A stretch of DNA of 64,000 nt from Octopus sinensis (GCF_006345805.1 NW_021832855.1:32211-96210), one strand, 5' to 3'; positions 50,083 through 63,423 are shown, numbered from the stretch's first letter. The notes: a model not told the origin generated them from the letters alone. A program made the numbers and translations.

Positions 50083-50430
50083 AGTGGCTGTGTGGTAAGT
50101 AGCTTGTTTACCAACCACATGGTTCCAGGTTCAGTCCCACTGCGTGGCACCTTGGGCAGGTGTTTTCTACTATAGCCTCAGGCTGACCAAAGCCTTGTGA
50201 GTGGATTTGGTAGACAGAAACTGAAAGAAGCCCATCGTATATATGTATATATATGTATGTGCGTGTATGTTTGTGTGTCTGTGTTTGTTCCCCTAGCATT
50301 GCTTGACAACTGATGCTGGGGTGTTTATGTCCCCGTTACCTAGCAGTTCAGCAAAAAGAGACTGATAGAATAAGTACTGGGTTTACAAAGAATAAGTCCC
50401 GGGGTTGAGTTGCTCGATTAAAGGCAGTGC
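50083..50430 (+). mobile_element. Dominant SINE copy, 3-prime truncated by a (GAT)n-tailed element
   Basis: Match ends at taaaggcagtgc. Confidence 0.85.
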
Positions 50431-51056
50431 CACATAAAAGCACCCATGTGGTGCCACATAAAAGAAACCTTGTGGTGCAATGTGAAAGCACCTAGCGCAC
50501 TCTGTAAAGTGGTCAGTGTTAGGAGGGACATCCAGTCATAGAAAAATTGCCAGAACAGACCATGGAGTCGAGTGTGACGCTTGACCTTGCCAACTCTGGT
50601 CAAACTGTCCAACCCATGTCAATGTGGAAAACGGACATTTAATGATGATGATGATGTATATATATATAAATATATATATAGGCGCAGGAGTGGCTGTGTG
50701 GTAGGTAGCTTGCTTACCAACCACATGGTTCCGGGTTCAGTCCCACTGCGTGACACCTTGGGCAAGTGTCTTTTACTATAGCCTTGGGCCGACCAAAGCC
50801 TTGTGAGTGGATTTGGTAGACGGAAGCTGAAAGAAGCCCATCGTATATATATATATACGATATAAAAATGAATTGCCATAAACATTGTAGAAATTCGGGA
50901 AAGAAATGAATTTTTGGGATGTAGCCTGGAGGGTTTTTTCGTATTAATCGTTTGGACTTTGTGAACACATACGAATTGTTTTCATAACATTTTTAACGCT
51001 TTGAATTAAATGTGACCATTTTGCGTTGAGTCTGCAGTTTGAATCACTTTAACCAA

Positions 51057-51366
51057 ATTTCTACAATGTTTATGGCAATTCATTTTTATATCTTGATTTT
51101 TTATTTTTCATGCAATTTACGCATGCTTGCACGCGTGGTGAACACAGTTCACGTCAAACAGCTGACTGAGTAAAGTTCACTATTCAATGCATTATCGATT
51201 TTTGCACTTGCAAGATGAATTTCGGAACAGAAATAGCACAGTTCAATTTTCATTCGCCTAAACTTTAAGTGACCCATTTTTGGTGGTTCTACGATTTGTT
51301 GGCTAGGAGGAGATGTGCCGGGAAGTTAAACACAGACACACAAGTTGAGTTTTATATGTATAGATA
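51057..51366 (-). mobile_element. Helitron-like 5-prime portion (copy 1 of a local duplication)
   Basis: Minus strand begins atctatacatataaaactcaacttgtgtgtctgtg, similar to the 37352 start; a second copy lies at about 52585-53085. Confidence 0.55.
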
Positions 51367-51549
51367 TATCAAACTGTCTAACTCATGCTAGCATGGGTCT
51401 GACAAATTGAGATTGAAATAGGATATTTCATGGTTGGATGCTCTTCCTGTTGACAACCATGACCTGTTTTGCAAGTAAGGGATTTTCTATTTAAGAAAAA
51501 TTCCAAAGCACAGAGTTTGAGGATGATTTGCTGATAAGAAATAAGGGGT

Positions 51550-51585
<36 letters not shown>

Positions 51586-52199
51586 GCTTAACGTCCGTTC
51601 TCCATGCTAGCATGTAAACATAGGGCCCTCCCTATATATATGTGTGTTTGTGTGTCTGTGTTTGTCCCCCTAGCATTGCTTGACAGCCAATGCTGGTGTG
51701 TTTATGTCTCCATTACTTAGCGGTTTGGCAAAAGAGACCGATAGAATAAGTACTGGGCTTACAAAAGAATAAGTCCCGGAGTCAAGTTGCTCGATTAAAG
51801 GCGGTGCTCCAGCATGGCCGCAGTCAAATGACTGAAACAAGTAAAAGAGTAAAGAGCATATACAAGGGAATGCTGAAAAGTTACTGGCTTTAAGGGTATT
51901 GCAAACGGTCTGGTTGGAGCCAAAAACCTTCCAAGTTCTTTTAAAAGGATTAGAAGAACTTACAAAAACTGCTGCTATAAGTGTGTGAATCTGAGAGGGG
52001 AATGCAAATGGATTCAAATTTATCATGATGATGATGATGAGTATCATTGTCTTGGTTAGCATCATCATCACTACTATCATCATGATGATTATTGCAAGCA
52101 ATATGTATCAGTTTTAAATCATGGAAAAGCCTAGAAAACAGCTTCTCTCCATATCCTATTACTCAACTTATTCCTAAGAACACATCAAGTCAACAAAGC

Positions 52200-52425
52200 T
52201 TTATATATAACGGGAAGGTTTACGAAAATAAACAAAAGACGAAGGCAGGTGGAGTACAAACAAACAATTGTATTAGTATGGCACTCAAGAATAGGAATAG
52301 ATAAAGTCTTTTACGTTTCGAGCCTACGCTCTTTGGCAGAAAGATACACAGAAACGAAACAAAGAGAGAAACAAGGAGAGAAAAAAATGCGTGTAGGAGC
52401 TAACGGTCCATCATATACACTAGCA
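52200..52425 (-). mobile_element. Penelope-like pLTR-type fragment (also 55498-55705 and 56760-56850)
   Basis: Shared aacgggaag...gaaaataaacaaaagacgaaggcaggtggagtac...tttacgtttcgagcctacgctc; TA-flanked; carries a hammerhead-like motif. Confidence 0.55.
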
Positions 52426-53720
52426 GTAATACCCGTTGTTCATCGGATAATTACTTTTACTCTTTCTCAGGAGTCACATTCAAAGTATTATTATATATAT
52501 AATAGATTTCTCAACGGGGATTTCAGGGGAGAGTTTCAGGGAGTTGCTGGCGATGTATCGTGATGATCAAAAATCTGGCCTGCTAAAATTTGGTTAAAGT
52601 GATTCAAACTGCAGACTCAATGCAAAATGGTCACATTTAATTCAAAGCGTTAAAAAGGTTATGAAAACAATTGGTATGTGTTCACAAAGTCCAAACGATT
52701 AATACGAAAAAACCCTCCAGGCTACATCCTGAAAATTCATTTCTTTCCCGAATTTCTACAATGTTTACGGCGATTCGTTTTTATATCTTGATTTTTTATT
52801 TTTCATGCAATTTACGCATGCTTGCATGCGTGGTGAACACAGTTCACGCCAAACAGCTGACTGAGTAAAGTTCACTATTCAATGCATGGGATAAGGCCTA
52901 AACAAACACATTATCGATTTTTGCACTTGCAAGATGAATTTCGGAACAGAAATAGCGCAGTTCAATTTTCATTCGCCTAAACTTTAAGTGACCCATTTTT
53001 GGTGGTTCTATGATTTGTTGGCTAGGAGGAGATGTGCCGGGAAGTTAAACACACAGACACACAAGTTGAGTTTTATATGTATAGATATATCAAACTGTCT
53101 AACTCATGCTAGCGTGGGTCTGACAAATTGAGATTGAAATAGGATATTTCATGGTTGGATGCTCTTCCTGTTGACAACCATGACCTGTTTTGCAAGTAAG
53201 GGATTTTCTATTTAAGAAAAATTCCAAAGCACAGAGTTTGAGGATGATTTGCTGATAAGAAATAAGGGGTATCATCATCATCATCAGCATCATCATCGTT
53301 TAACGTCCGTTCTCCATGCTAGCATGTAAACATAGGGCCCTCCCCTTGTGTGCACGGTACATTTATATACAAGATCTGTACTCATACAGAGATTCATCAA
53401 AGGACATTTTGATTTCTCTCTGCATGAGTATTTTTATTTGTACATAAAGCAGTCCTGACTCCATTTACCGGCATTGTTATCATGCTAGCAGTATTTCTGC
53501 TATTACAAATAGCAGTTGGTGTTTATCAACACAGCTTACGGATCCTTGGTTGGCATTTAGATGTAAATGCTTGCTGTATCCAGTAGGTGGGTTATTGAAC
53601 TTTTGCTGCATTTTGCTATTGTTAGAAAATCAGATAAATACCCTTTAGACAACAGAAAAAAGTGGCCAACAAACAGCCATAGGGAATCAAACACAGCACC
53701 TCTCAAATTCCATCTAAGCA

Positions 53721-53760
<40 letters not shown>

Positions 53761-54750
53761 ATATCATCATCATCATTTAACATCTGCTTTCTATGCTGGC
53801 ATGGGTTGGACAGTTTGACTGAAACTGGTGAGATGGAGAGAAGCTCTTCCTAACGCCAACCACTCCAAAGGTGTAATGGGTATTTTCTATGGGTGCCAGT
53901 TACGTGACATCAGCATTGGTCGCAACTATGATTTCACTTCTCAAGCACAGCGTATCACCAAAGGTCTCAGTCATTTGTAATGGCCTCTGTGGGAGTGAAT
54001 CTGATGCAGCTCTGCAGCTTACCAGTTTTCAGTCAGACAGTGCAACTCATGCCAGCATGGAAAACGGACGTTAAATGATGATACATACACACACACACAC
54101 GCACATATATATATAAAAATACAAAATGGGACAAGAACACAAAACATCCAAAAGACGATACAAAAACCACAGACGGGTCATTCAAAGCCTTTAATCTTCA
54201 GTCAAGAACTGGTTTATCCTCACAATTTCGGCTGATTAATCTTGAGATTGCTCCAATCTGGCCAGCCCCAAGGAAAAACTAAGCTAAGAGCATTAGATTC
54301 CTTGGAAAAAAGCTTTGAATGTATACGAAAAAAGAACGGAAAAACGGACGATGTTACACAAATATAAATACAAAAATAATACAAAAAAAACAATAATAAT
54401 AATAATAATAATAACAGGACATCACAACAGGCGTCTTTCAACTGGAGACGAATTGAATTCCGCTGGCACACACATGTTTATGTATGTATTGAACCAAGAT
54501 ATCTGGTGCCTTTCTCTACTCAAGTAGACTTGTCCATCACAGCAGAATTGATTCAAGTGTTGGTACCATGTAAAAAGTCTTCAGTAAACTCTGTGGAGTG
54601 GTTGGCATTAGGAAGGGCATCCAGCCATAGAAACCATGCCAGAACAGACAATGGACTCTGGTACGGCCCCTGGCTATACCAGCTCCTGTCAAACTGTCCA
54701 ACTTACGGAAACTGAAAGAAGCCTGTCATGTATAATAATTATATGTGTGA

Positions 54751-54785
<35 letters not shown>

Positions 54786-54999
54786 TTTCTCCACCACTAC
54801 TGTCACTTGACAATCGGTGTTGGTTTGATTATGTCCTCATAACTTAACAGTTCGGCAAAAGAGACTAACCAAAGAAGTATGAGGCTTAACAAAAAAATAC
54901 TAAGTGCAGGGGTTGATTCATTTGATTAAATCCTTTAATGCAGTGCCCCAGCCTGGCCGCAGTCCAATGACTGAAGCAAGAAAATAAAAGCTGAAAGAT

Positions 55000-55440
55000 T
55001 GCAGGTGTGGCTGTGTGGTAAGAAGCTTGCTTCCCAACCACATGGTTCCAGGTTCAGTCCTACTGCATGGTACCTTGGGCAAGTGTCTTCTACTTTAGCC
55101 TCAGGAAGACTAAAGCCTTCAGAGCAGATTTGGGAGATGGAAACTGAAAGAAGCCCATCTTATATATATATATATATACATACATGTGTGTGTGTATCTA
55201 GATGTGTGTGTCTAGGTGTGTGTGTCACTGTGTCTGTGTTTTCCCCCCAACATTGCTTGACAACTGGTGTTGGTGTATTTACGTATCTGTAACCTAGCAG
55301 TCTGGCAAAAGAGAATGATAGAATGAGTACTAGGCTTTAAAAAGTAAGTCCTACAGCTGATTTGTTCAAGTAAAACCTGTCAAGGCAGTGCCCCAGCATG
55401 GCCACAGTCAAACGACTGAAACAAGTGAAAGATAAAAGAT
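55000..55440 (+). mobile_element. Older diverged copy of the dominant SINE (others about 54705-54990 and 55715-55985)
   Basis: Recognisable head and tail with many substitutions. Confidence 0.75.
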
Positions 55441-55443
55441 ATA

Positions 55444-55494
<51 letters not shown>

Positions 55495-55592
55495 ATATAT
55501 AACGGGAAGCTTTATGAAAATAAACAAAAGACGAAGGCAGGTGGAGTACAAACAATTGTATTAGTGGCGCTCAGGAATAGAAATAAAACAAG

Positions 55593-55630
55593 TCTTTTAC
55601 GTTTCGAGCCTACGCTCTTCGACAGAAAGA
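55593..55630 (-). ncRNA. Minimal hammerhead-like motif, second family (core CUGUCGA)
   Basis: UCUUU-CUGUCGA-A-GAGC GUAG GCUC-GAAAC-GUA-AAAGA; palindromic ACGU stem III; A6 substituted. A more decayed copy lies at 52307-52344. Confidence 0.55.
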
Positions 55631-56718
55631 TACACAGAAAAGAAACAAGGAGAGAAACAAGGAGAGAAAAAAATTGCGTGTAGGGGCTAACGATCCAACA
55701 TGGCATCTGTTACTTGTTTTGGCCATTTGACTGTGGCCATGCTGGAACACAGCCTAGAAGAAATTTTTAGTCGAAGGAATCAATCCCTGGACTTAGATTT
55801 TTTTAACGCCTGGTACTTATTCTATCAGTGTCTTTTGCCGAACTGTTGAGTTACGGGTCATAAACACACCAAGACAGGTTGTCAAGGGCTCGACGCAATA
55901 GTAGAAGATGCTTGCCGAAGGTGCCGTGCAGTGGGACTGAACATGGAACCGTATGGTTGAGAAGCAAACTTCTTACCACAGTCACAAATCGTATTATAGT
56001 CACTAGTCACTTCTAACTGAACTGGTATCTAAAGTAAACATTTAAACATCCTGTGAAGCAAAAGTCATCGAACGAGTCTTTAAACCCGGCACAGATCACA
56101 AAAGGATGGAAAACTAACGAAAGAAAAAAGACTAACATCGCCAAAAAAAACATATTACGCAATAACATATTTCCGAAGAGACTTAAGCATTATTTGTATA
56201 AATTTTTCAAATGCTTAAAATAGTTTATCTTATAAAATATACCACGTACAAGTGAACCGCCCGTTAATGTGTGCGTCTGTGCGCGCGCACAAGAATTATA
56301 CTCAGCGCACAAAAGGGGAAAAAATACACGCGCAAAAAGTTTACAAGATGAAAAACGAATTTCCTTTTTATTATCTTTTCAAGATATTCCCACTTTTACT
56401 GCCCCGAAAAAGCTTCGCTAATTGGCGTTTAAGATGATGCTTTAATATTAACGTAATTAAGGGATTAGTATTAAGATATTTAACTGTTTTACTGTTGCTT
56501 CGTTGTTCTGTGTTTGAACTTCGCTGTGGGTCGATCAAACATCGTATTTTTCATAGGACTGGGGCCACAAATTCCTTAGTGTGTGATAGGTTAATAATTA
56601 ATTAACGAAGCTAAAATTGTTTATTGGAAAATAAATAAATAAATATAATAATTATCTAATTTAAAAACTAGGAAAGCGAAAGCCCAAACTGTAGGGAACA
56701 ACGAAATATGTGTGTACG

Positions 56719-56753
<35 letters not shown>

Positions 56754-57223
56754 AAAGAAATGTTCAATTCCTGAGCGTTATACTAATACATCTCTTTGTT
56801 TTGTACACCACCTGTCTTCGTCTTTTGTTTTTTTCGTAAACTCTCCCTATCTATATATATATATATACACATATATATATATACCTACATATACACACTC
56901 ACATATGTATAAAATTCTTTATTACCTACAAGGGGCTAAACATAGAGGGGACAAACAAGGACAGACAAACGGATTAAGTCGATTACATCGACCCTAGTGT
57001 GTAACTGGTACTTAATTTATCGACCTCGAAAGGATGAAAGGCAAAAAGTGTCAAAACTATTGAAAAGGTTGCAAGACGCAACGAAAATTTTAGGGAAATG
57101 AAAATAAGAAAAAAGTGGAAATTTTACAGGTGAGTGTGTTAAATTATAAGGCACAAAAAGAAAATGACTCTCCCCAGACACAACAGAATATATATAAATA
57201 TATATATATGAACATACATACAT

Positions 57224-57545
57224 GTGAAGGTGCGTGGTTTAGGGTATTCGCCTCACGATTGTAAGTTCAATTCGATCGTGAGTTCAATTCTTGGCAGCGT
57301 GTTGTGTTGAGCAAGAGATTTTATTTTGATGTTGCTCCACTCCGTTAAGCTAGCAAAAGTGAGTAGTTCTTTGTATTTCAAAAGGGCCAAACTTCATTGG
57401 TGTCACGCTGAATCCCTGAGAACTATGTTAGGAGGACACGTGTCTGCGGAGTGCTCGGCCACTTCCACGTTAATTACACGAGCAAGATGTTCCGTTGATC
57501 ACATCAGCTGGGACACTCGTCCTCCTAACCGACAAGCGCTTCCTT
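57224..57545 (+). mobile_element. tRNA-derived SINE of another family (3-prime end also at 63373-63423, minus)
   Basis: Head gtgaaggtgcgtggtttagg...gagttcaattc; tail cacgttaattacacgagcaagatgttccgttgatc. Confidence 0.6.
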
Positions 57546-58089
57546 TGATGTATATATATATAGATAATTAGTATCTATCTGTGTATGTAAATATATATAT
57601 ATATACAGATAGATACTAATTTAAGACCGTAAAAGCGAGTGTACCCTTTTTTTTTTTTTTTTTTAATCGATGCGCATATTATGCATAAAATAAATACAAA
57701 ATTCGCACAAAAACGAAGTCCTGCGCACATTTCGGGCAATAAACTTACAAGGAACAGTCTGTACGACGTCACCGCCTTTGATCATCTACCAGTTATAGTT
57801 GTTTAGCCCTGGGTCAACACTTGTTGAATAGCAAGAGTTACAATCAAAGACGCATCAGCCGTGATCACACCTATATAAGTGTGTGTATATATATGTATGT
57901 ATGTATATATGCTTGTGTATATATATATATATAATATATATATATATACTTAATAATTAGGGTTCAGCAAAGATTTGCTTTACCACATACCGAAGTTTAG
58001 AAATAGCAGCCAAAACGCCTTAGCTATTTCTTCTACTTTAAAAAGGGACTCCCAGAGAAATCAAAATACTTGAAAACAATTCACAATTC

Positions 58090-58160
<71 letters not shown>

Positions 58161-58742
58161 GTATCCATCCCTTTACTTGTAATCAAATATTTTTATTGCC
58201 TTTACCGTTATTTCTAGCGCAAAGAGAGACCATCTGATGGTTCTATTGTTTTAATTAAGGTGAACCAGTGCACGGGATAATGGAACAGTCCCGGTAGATA
58301 TCAATCGTTCGGTCAGCAATTATCACAAGACTTCTAAAACAATGATTTCGGGCATCCCCGGGCGCACTTGCATCCCAGGGATTCTGCCCTGGTACCCACT
58401 TATTTTTTTATTTTTTTATGATTTTAGTTATTTTCTTTTATTTATTTTCCTTTTGCTAATTTCTTTTCCGACTTATTTTTAAAACGAATTTTATTATGAA
58501 AGAAAGAAAAGAAAAAAAAGGTTTATTTTTGTAAATAGAGAATAATTAAAAGCAAATTATTTTTTGTGTGTGTGGTTTTTCTAAATTACTAAAAGAATTA
58601 TTGCGTGCGTATTATTCAAATTAAATCAAACGGTAGCAAATAAATAAATATCCCTTATTACGATTAACGGTTCGATGGTGTTTTGTTTTTTGCTTTTCTT
58701 TTTCCTTTGATTCCTTTGTTATTACAAAATGATAGACCATCA

Positions 58743-59095
<353 letters not shown>

Positions 59096-59219
59096 AGATT
59101 AGCCACACAGGGCTGAACACAGACGGGACAAATTACAAAGTAGGGCTTTTCTTTTGGGGGAGAAAAAAAAATGGGGTAGGTTTTCGATCAAAAGGGGTCG
59201 TAAAAAGGAAAGAAAAAAA

Positions 59220-59250
<31 letters not shown>

Positions 59251-59379
59251 TGGACAAACATAGATGGGTTGGTAGATATTCACAGTTGTTCCATACTTTT
59301 GGATTTCTTTGTTCTTACGAAAAAATCGATAGAGACAGATGAAATGATACATGAGTAGATAGATAAATACATATAGCAA

Positions 59380-59399
59380 AATTATATATATATTATATG

Positions 59400-59432
<33 letters not shown>

Positions 59433-59766
59433 ATATATATATAATATATATATAGTATATATATATATATCTATATATATATAATATATATATATATATA
59501 TAGTATATAATATATATATATATATAGACCGCAATTAGAAGCTCATATCCCTTCAAAGAATTAAACAAGTTTGGTCACAATATAGAGCAATAAGTGTGTG
59601 TATACACATATATATATATATAATATATATATATATATAAACATCCACGCTCATATAGAAAGACACACATATGTATATAGATATATAGATATACAAACGT
59701 TTATATATACACATTTATACACGCAGATATACACACATCTCTATATACATACATAATATATATATA

Positions 59767-59832
<66 letters not shown>

Positions 59833-59891
59833 TATATATATACATATATATATATATACATAATATATATATATACATATATATATTATAC

Positions 59892-59928
<37 letters not shown>

Positions 59929-59972
59929 CTATATATATACATATATATATATTATACATATATACATATATA

Positions 59973-60003
<31 letters not shown>

Positions 60004-60004
60004 C

Positions 60005-60052
<48 letters not shown>

Positions 60053-60110
60053 CATATATATATACATATATATATATACATATATATATATATACATACA
60101 CACAGATGTT
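59380..60110. repeat. Long (TA)n/(TACA)n low-complexity tract
   Basis: Directly visible. Confidence 0.95.
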
Positions 60111-60744
60111 TACACATATATAACATTTCTTTCCTTTGTTCTTAGGAAATGATCGATAGAAGTAGATAAGTAGATATAGTAAAACTTTTTATAACGGTAT
60201 ATATATATATATATATACACATAAGAAACGTACATGCACACATGTATTATACATACATATACCGATTCGTCATCAATCGATGACACAAAATTCACACAAA
60301 TTATTACACAATCATTATATAATCTAACCAGAATTTCTATCAACAAACATTTATCTTTCCTTCCACTAAATCTTAATTAAAAAATACAATTTAAATAATT
60401 AATTAATTAAATAAATGTATCTTTCGGGGTTTCCCATAAATGAACTCCGTATTTTTTTCCCCGTTGAATAAAAGAAAAAGGATGAAATTATTAAATAAAA
60501 ACAATAATACTTACCATAATAAATATATAGGTGTATATATGTATGTTGGTGGGAATGTTTGTGAGGTTGGGTGAGTGTTTTTGTGAGTTTGTGGAGGAAG
60601 AAAATATATAAATATATATAAAAGAGATTCAACACTAAGGAGAATGGCTCGACAACATCACCTTGTTGTTTACAAATGTTGAAGAAGCAGAGAAGGGGAG
60701 GACATGTGGTTTAATTAGAGGAGGAGGGGGTTATAGACTGAGTG

Positions 60745-61195
60745 AGACGGTGTTGTAGACAGAGGGGGAGAGTGTCATAGAAAGACAAGGTGTTGTAGAG
60801 AGAGGGGAAAAGTGTCGTAGAAAGAGAAGGATATTCTTAAGAGAGGGGGAGAGTGTCGTAGAAAGAGAAAGACATTCTTAAGAGAGGGAGAGAGCGTCAT
60901 GGAAAGAGGAAGATATTCTGAGAGGGGAGAGTGTCGTAGAAAGAGACAGTGTTGTAGAGAGAGGGGGAGAGTGTCATAGATAGAGACAGTGTTGTAGATA
61001 GAGGGGGAGAGTGTCATAGAGAGAGAAAGTGTTGTAGACAGAGGGGGAGAGTGTCACAGAAAGAGGAAGATATTCTTATTAGAGGGGGAGAGTGTCATAG
61101 AAAGAGAAAGATATTCTTAAGAGAGGGTGAGAGTGTCATAGAAAGAGAAAGATATTCTTAAGAGAGGGGGGAGAGCGTTAAAGAAAGAGAGGGGA
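60745..61195. repeat. Purine-rich minisatellite of about 38-41 bp, about 11 units of two subtypes
   Basis: agagggggagagtgtc(a/g)tagaaagag followed by either agtgttgtag or gatattctta. Confidence 0.85.
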
Positions 61196-61911
61196 AAGGG
61201 TTATATATAAAGAGAGAGTATTTTTTTCTTCGATAGATAGGATGAGAGTTATAAAGAGAGAGAAAATGTTATAGGAAATAGGAGAGATTCTTATTGAGGG
61301 AGGAGGAAAGTCTTATAAAGAGGGGAATAGAATTATAGAGAGAAAGAAAATGTTATAGGTCGAGGAAGAACATATGGTATTAAAGAGAATGGGAGATAGT
61401 TAGGGAGAGTTGGTATCGTAGAGAGAGAGAGAGGGAGATAGGGAGATAGAGAGAGGGAGGGAGATTACGGAAGTTAGTGAAAGGTTAAGAGATCGCAGCG
61501 AGAGAGTGTGAGGAGTGGTAACAGGAGGTTTGTGACGACACAGACGAAAAGAACTACGATGACGATGACGACGGGTAGATGAGAGAGAGAGAGAGAGAGA
61601 GAGAAAGAGTAAAAGAGAAGAGGGAAAGCGACGACAAAGAGACGGCGATGGGGGCGAAGGTGAAGGGGAAAGGGAGATAAAGAGGAAATGGGAAAATATG
61701 GGGATCGGTGAGAGGAGAATTACGTAATGATAGAATTGGAGGGGGAAGATTAAATGTTGAAAAGTGAGAGAGAGAAAGAAAGAAATAGCTTTATGAATGA
61801 AAAAGTATTGCGCGCACATGTACTTCTGCTTGTTTCGGTCGTTGGTCTTTAAACTTATGATATATATGTACACGTGAGTGTGTGTAATGTATGTATATAT
61901 GTATGTATGCC

Positions 61912-61985
61912 TTCGGCTTTAGTCTGACGAGCCGTCCGTGGGACTAGGCTCTTAATGGATGCGAAATCTTTGGTCACTCAATCAC
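61912..61985 (+). ncRNA. Candidate hammerhead with extended stem II, third family
   Basis: uuuagu-CUGACGA-G...C-GAAAUC uuu GGUC-acu; a related copy with CUGAAGA core lies at about 62580-62652. Confidence 0.4.
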
Positions 61986-62012
61986 CGGACATAGACCTTA
62001 ACTGCGTATATA

Positions 62013-62556
62013 GGATCTTTTCCTTTTCAACGGCAGATGTCAACACAATTTCAACATAACTAAACACTTTTAAACTTCGTATTTTTGTAGAATGTGTTCA
62101 TAAAACATCATTTTTTTCTTGGCTTTATTGAGACAATTCTATAGTTTGTAAGATATTTCACTTTAAAATCGAGCATTTCGACAATTTTAACCAATCAAAT
62201 ACGTCCATCTGGGGTGAAAGCATACCGTGTTGTATGAATATGTCCCTCGTTTAAGAAACAGATTGGGTTTATTTACATTTGCGAAGAAAAAAAGATACCC
62301 TTCCCCCACCCCCAACCCTAACCCTAACCCTAATCATAACTCTAAACCTAACCCTAAAATAGATTGAAATGCAATAGATCGATACTAGGGTTATAATTAT
62401 GGGTGACAATTTCATACGACACCGCTACGGAAAATGGGATTTTTTTCTAGCGATGTCAAATGAAAATGTCACCCATAATTATAACCCTAGTATCGATCTA
62501 TTGCATTTCAATCTATTTTAGGGTTAGGTTTAGGGATCTTTTCCTTTTGAACGGCA
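62013..62556. mobile_element. Rearranged relative of the GGATCTTTTCC long-TIR family with an internal hairpin
   Basis: Begins ggatctttttccttttcaacggcagatgtcaac like 45131; contains ccctaa repeats and an inverted repeat of about 70 bp (62345-62416 / 62461-62531); ends with a direct copy of the terminal motif. Confidence 0.7.
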
Positions 62557-62674
62557 TCCGTATGTATGTATGTTTGCCTTCGGCTTTAGTCTGAAGACTC
62601 GTCCATCGAACTAGGCTCTTAATAGGTGCGAAATCATTGGTCACTCAAAGGCTGGACATAGACTTAACTGCGTA

Positions 62675-63044
62675 TCTCTCTATATATAAACGGCAGTTTG
62701 TCTGTGTGTGTTTCTGTGTGTCTGTCAGGTTGTACCCTCACCCTGACCACGGCTTTCAACCGATTCCGATGAAACTTGACACACACATAGCCCAATGTCA
62801 TAATTCAAAACTAACGCAGCGAAAATTTTGAAAAGTACCCCCAGTTCTGAAAAAAATCGATAAATTTGACATGGGGTCGAGAATCAGAAACACAAACCAC
62901 AGACTGTCATGGGGACGCAACTCGACCTTTTTAACTAAAAAAAATTTACCATCATTTTTTTTCCATTTCTTGGCTATAAGTCTCTAAAAATGCTTTATAG
63001 TTATTTCCCTTACAAACCCGAGCAACGCCGGGCGATACTGCTAG
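62675..63044 (+). mobile_element. Non-autonomous Helitron (chimeric)
   Basis: A|TC start, CCCGAGCAACGCCGGG hairpin, CTAG|T end. The 5-prime part matches the 30594 element and the 3-prime end matches the 37352 element. Confidence 0.85.
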
Positions 63045-63059
63045 TATATAATATAATAA

Positions 63060-63271
63060 GGCTTTTGTGATGTATCCATTCTCCACACTCCGGACGGGAT
63101 GCCGATTTGCCACAGGATTACACATTTTTGGCCTCCAGGTGGATTGAAGCAACGCAAAATGAAGATGAAATGTTTTGATCAAGAACACAACGCGTTGCCC
63201 TGTCCAGGAATCGAAAGCACAATCTTACGATCATGAGAGCAACACATTAACCACTAAGACACACGTCCCCA

Positions 63272-63272
<1 letters not shown>
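63060..63272 (-). mobile_element. tRNA-derived SINE (related copy about 16400-16585)
   Basis: Minus-strand head gtggggacgtgtgtcttagtggttaa...ctttcgattcctggacagggc...gtgttcttgatcaaaac. Confidence 0.6.
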
Positions 63273-63307
<35 letters not shown>

Positions 63308-63312
63308 TATAT

Positions 63313-63372
<60 letters not shown>

Positions 63373-63423
63373 ACTGGTACTCCGTCGCTTACGTCAACGA
63401 GGTTCTAGTTGATCCGATCAATG

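Noticed and set aside
54195-54280. Possible hammerhead (GGCTG...CAGCC-GAAA on the minus strand, CUGAAGA further downstream)
   Set aside because: No CUGANGA before the stem in this copy, and the downstream CUGAAGA cannot close a type II stem; unresolved without a family consensus.
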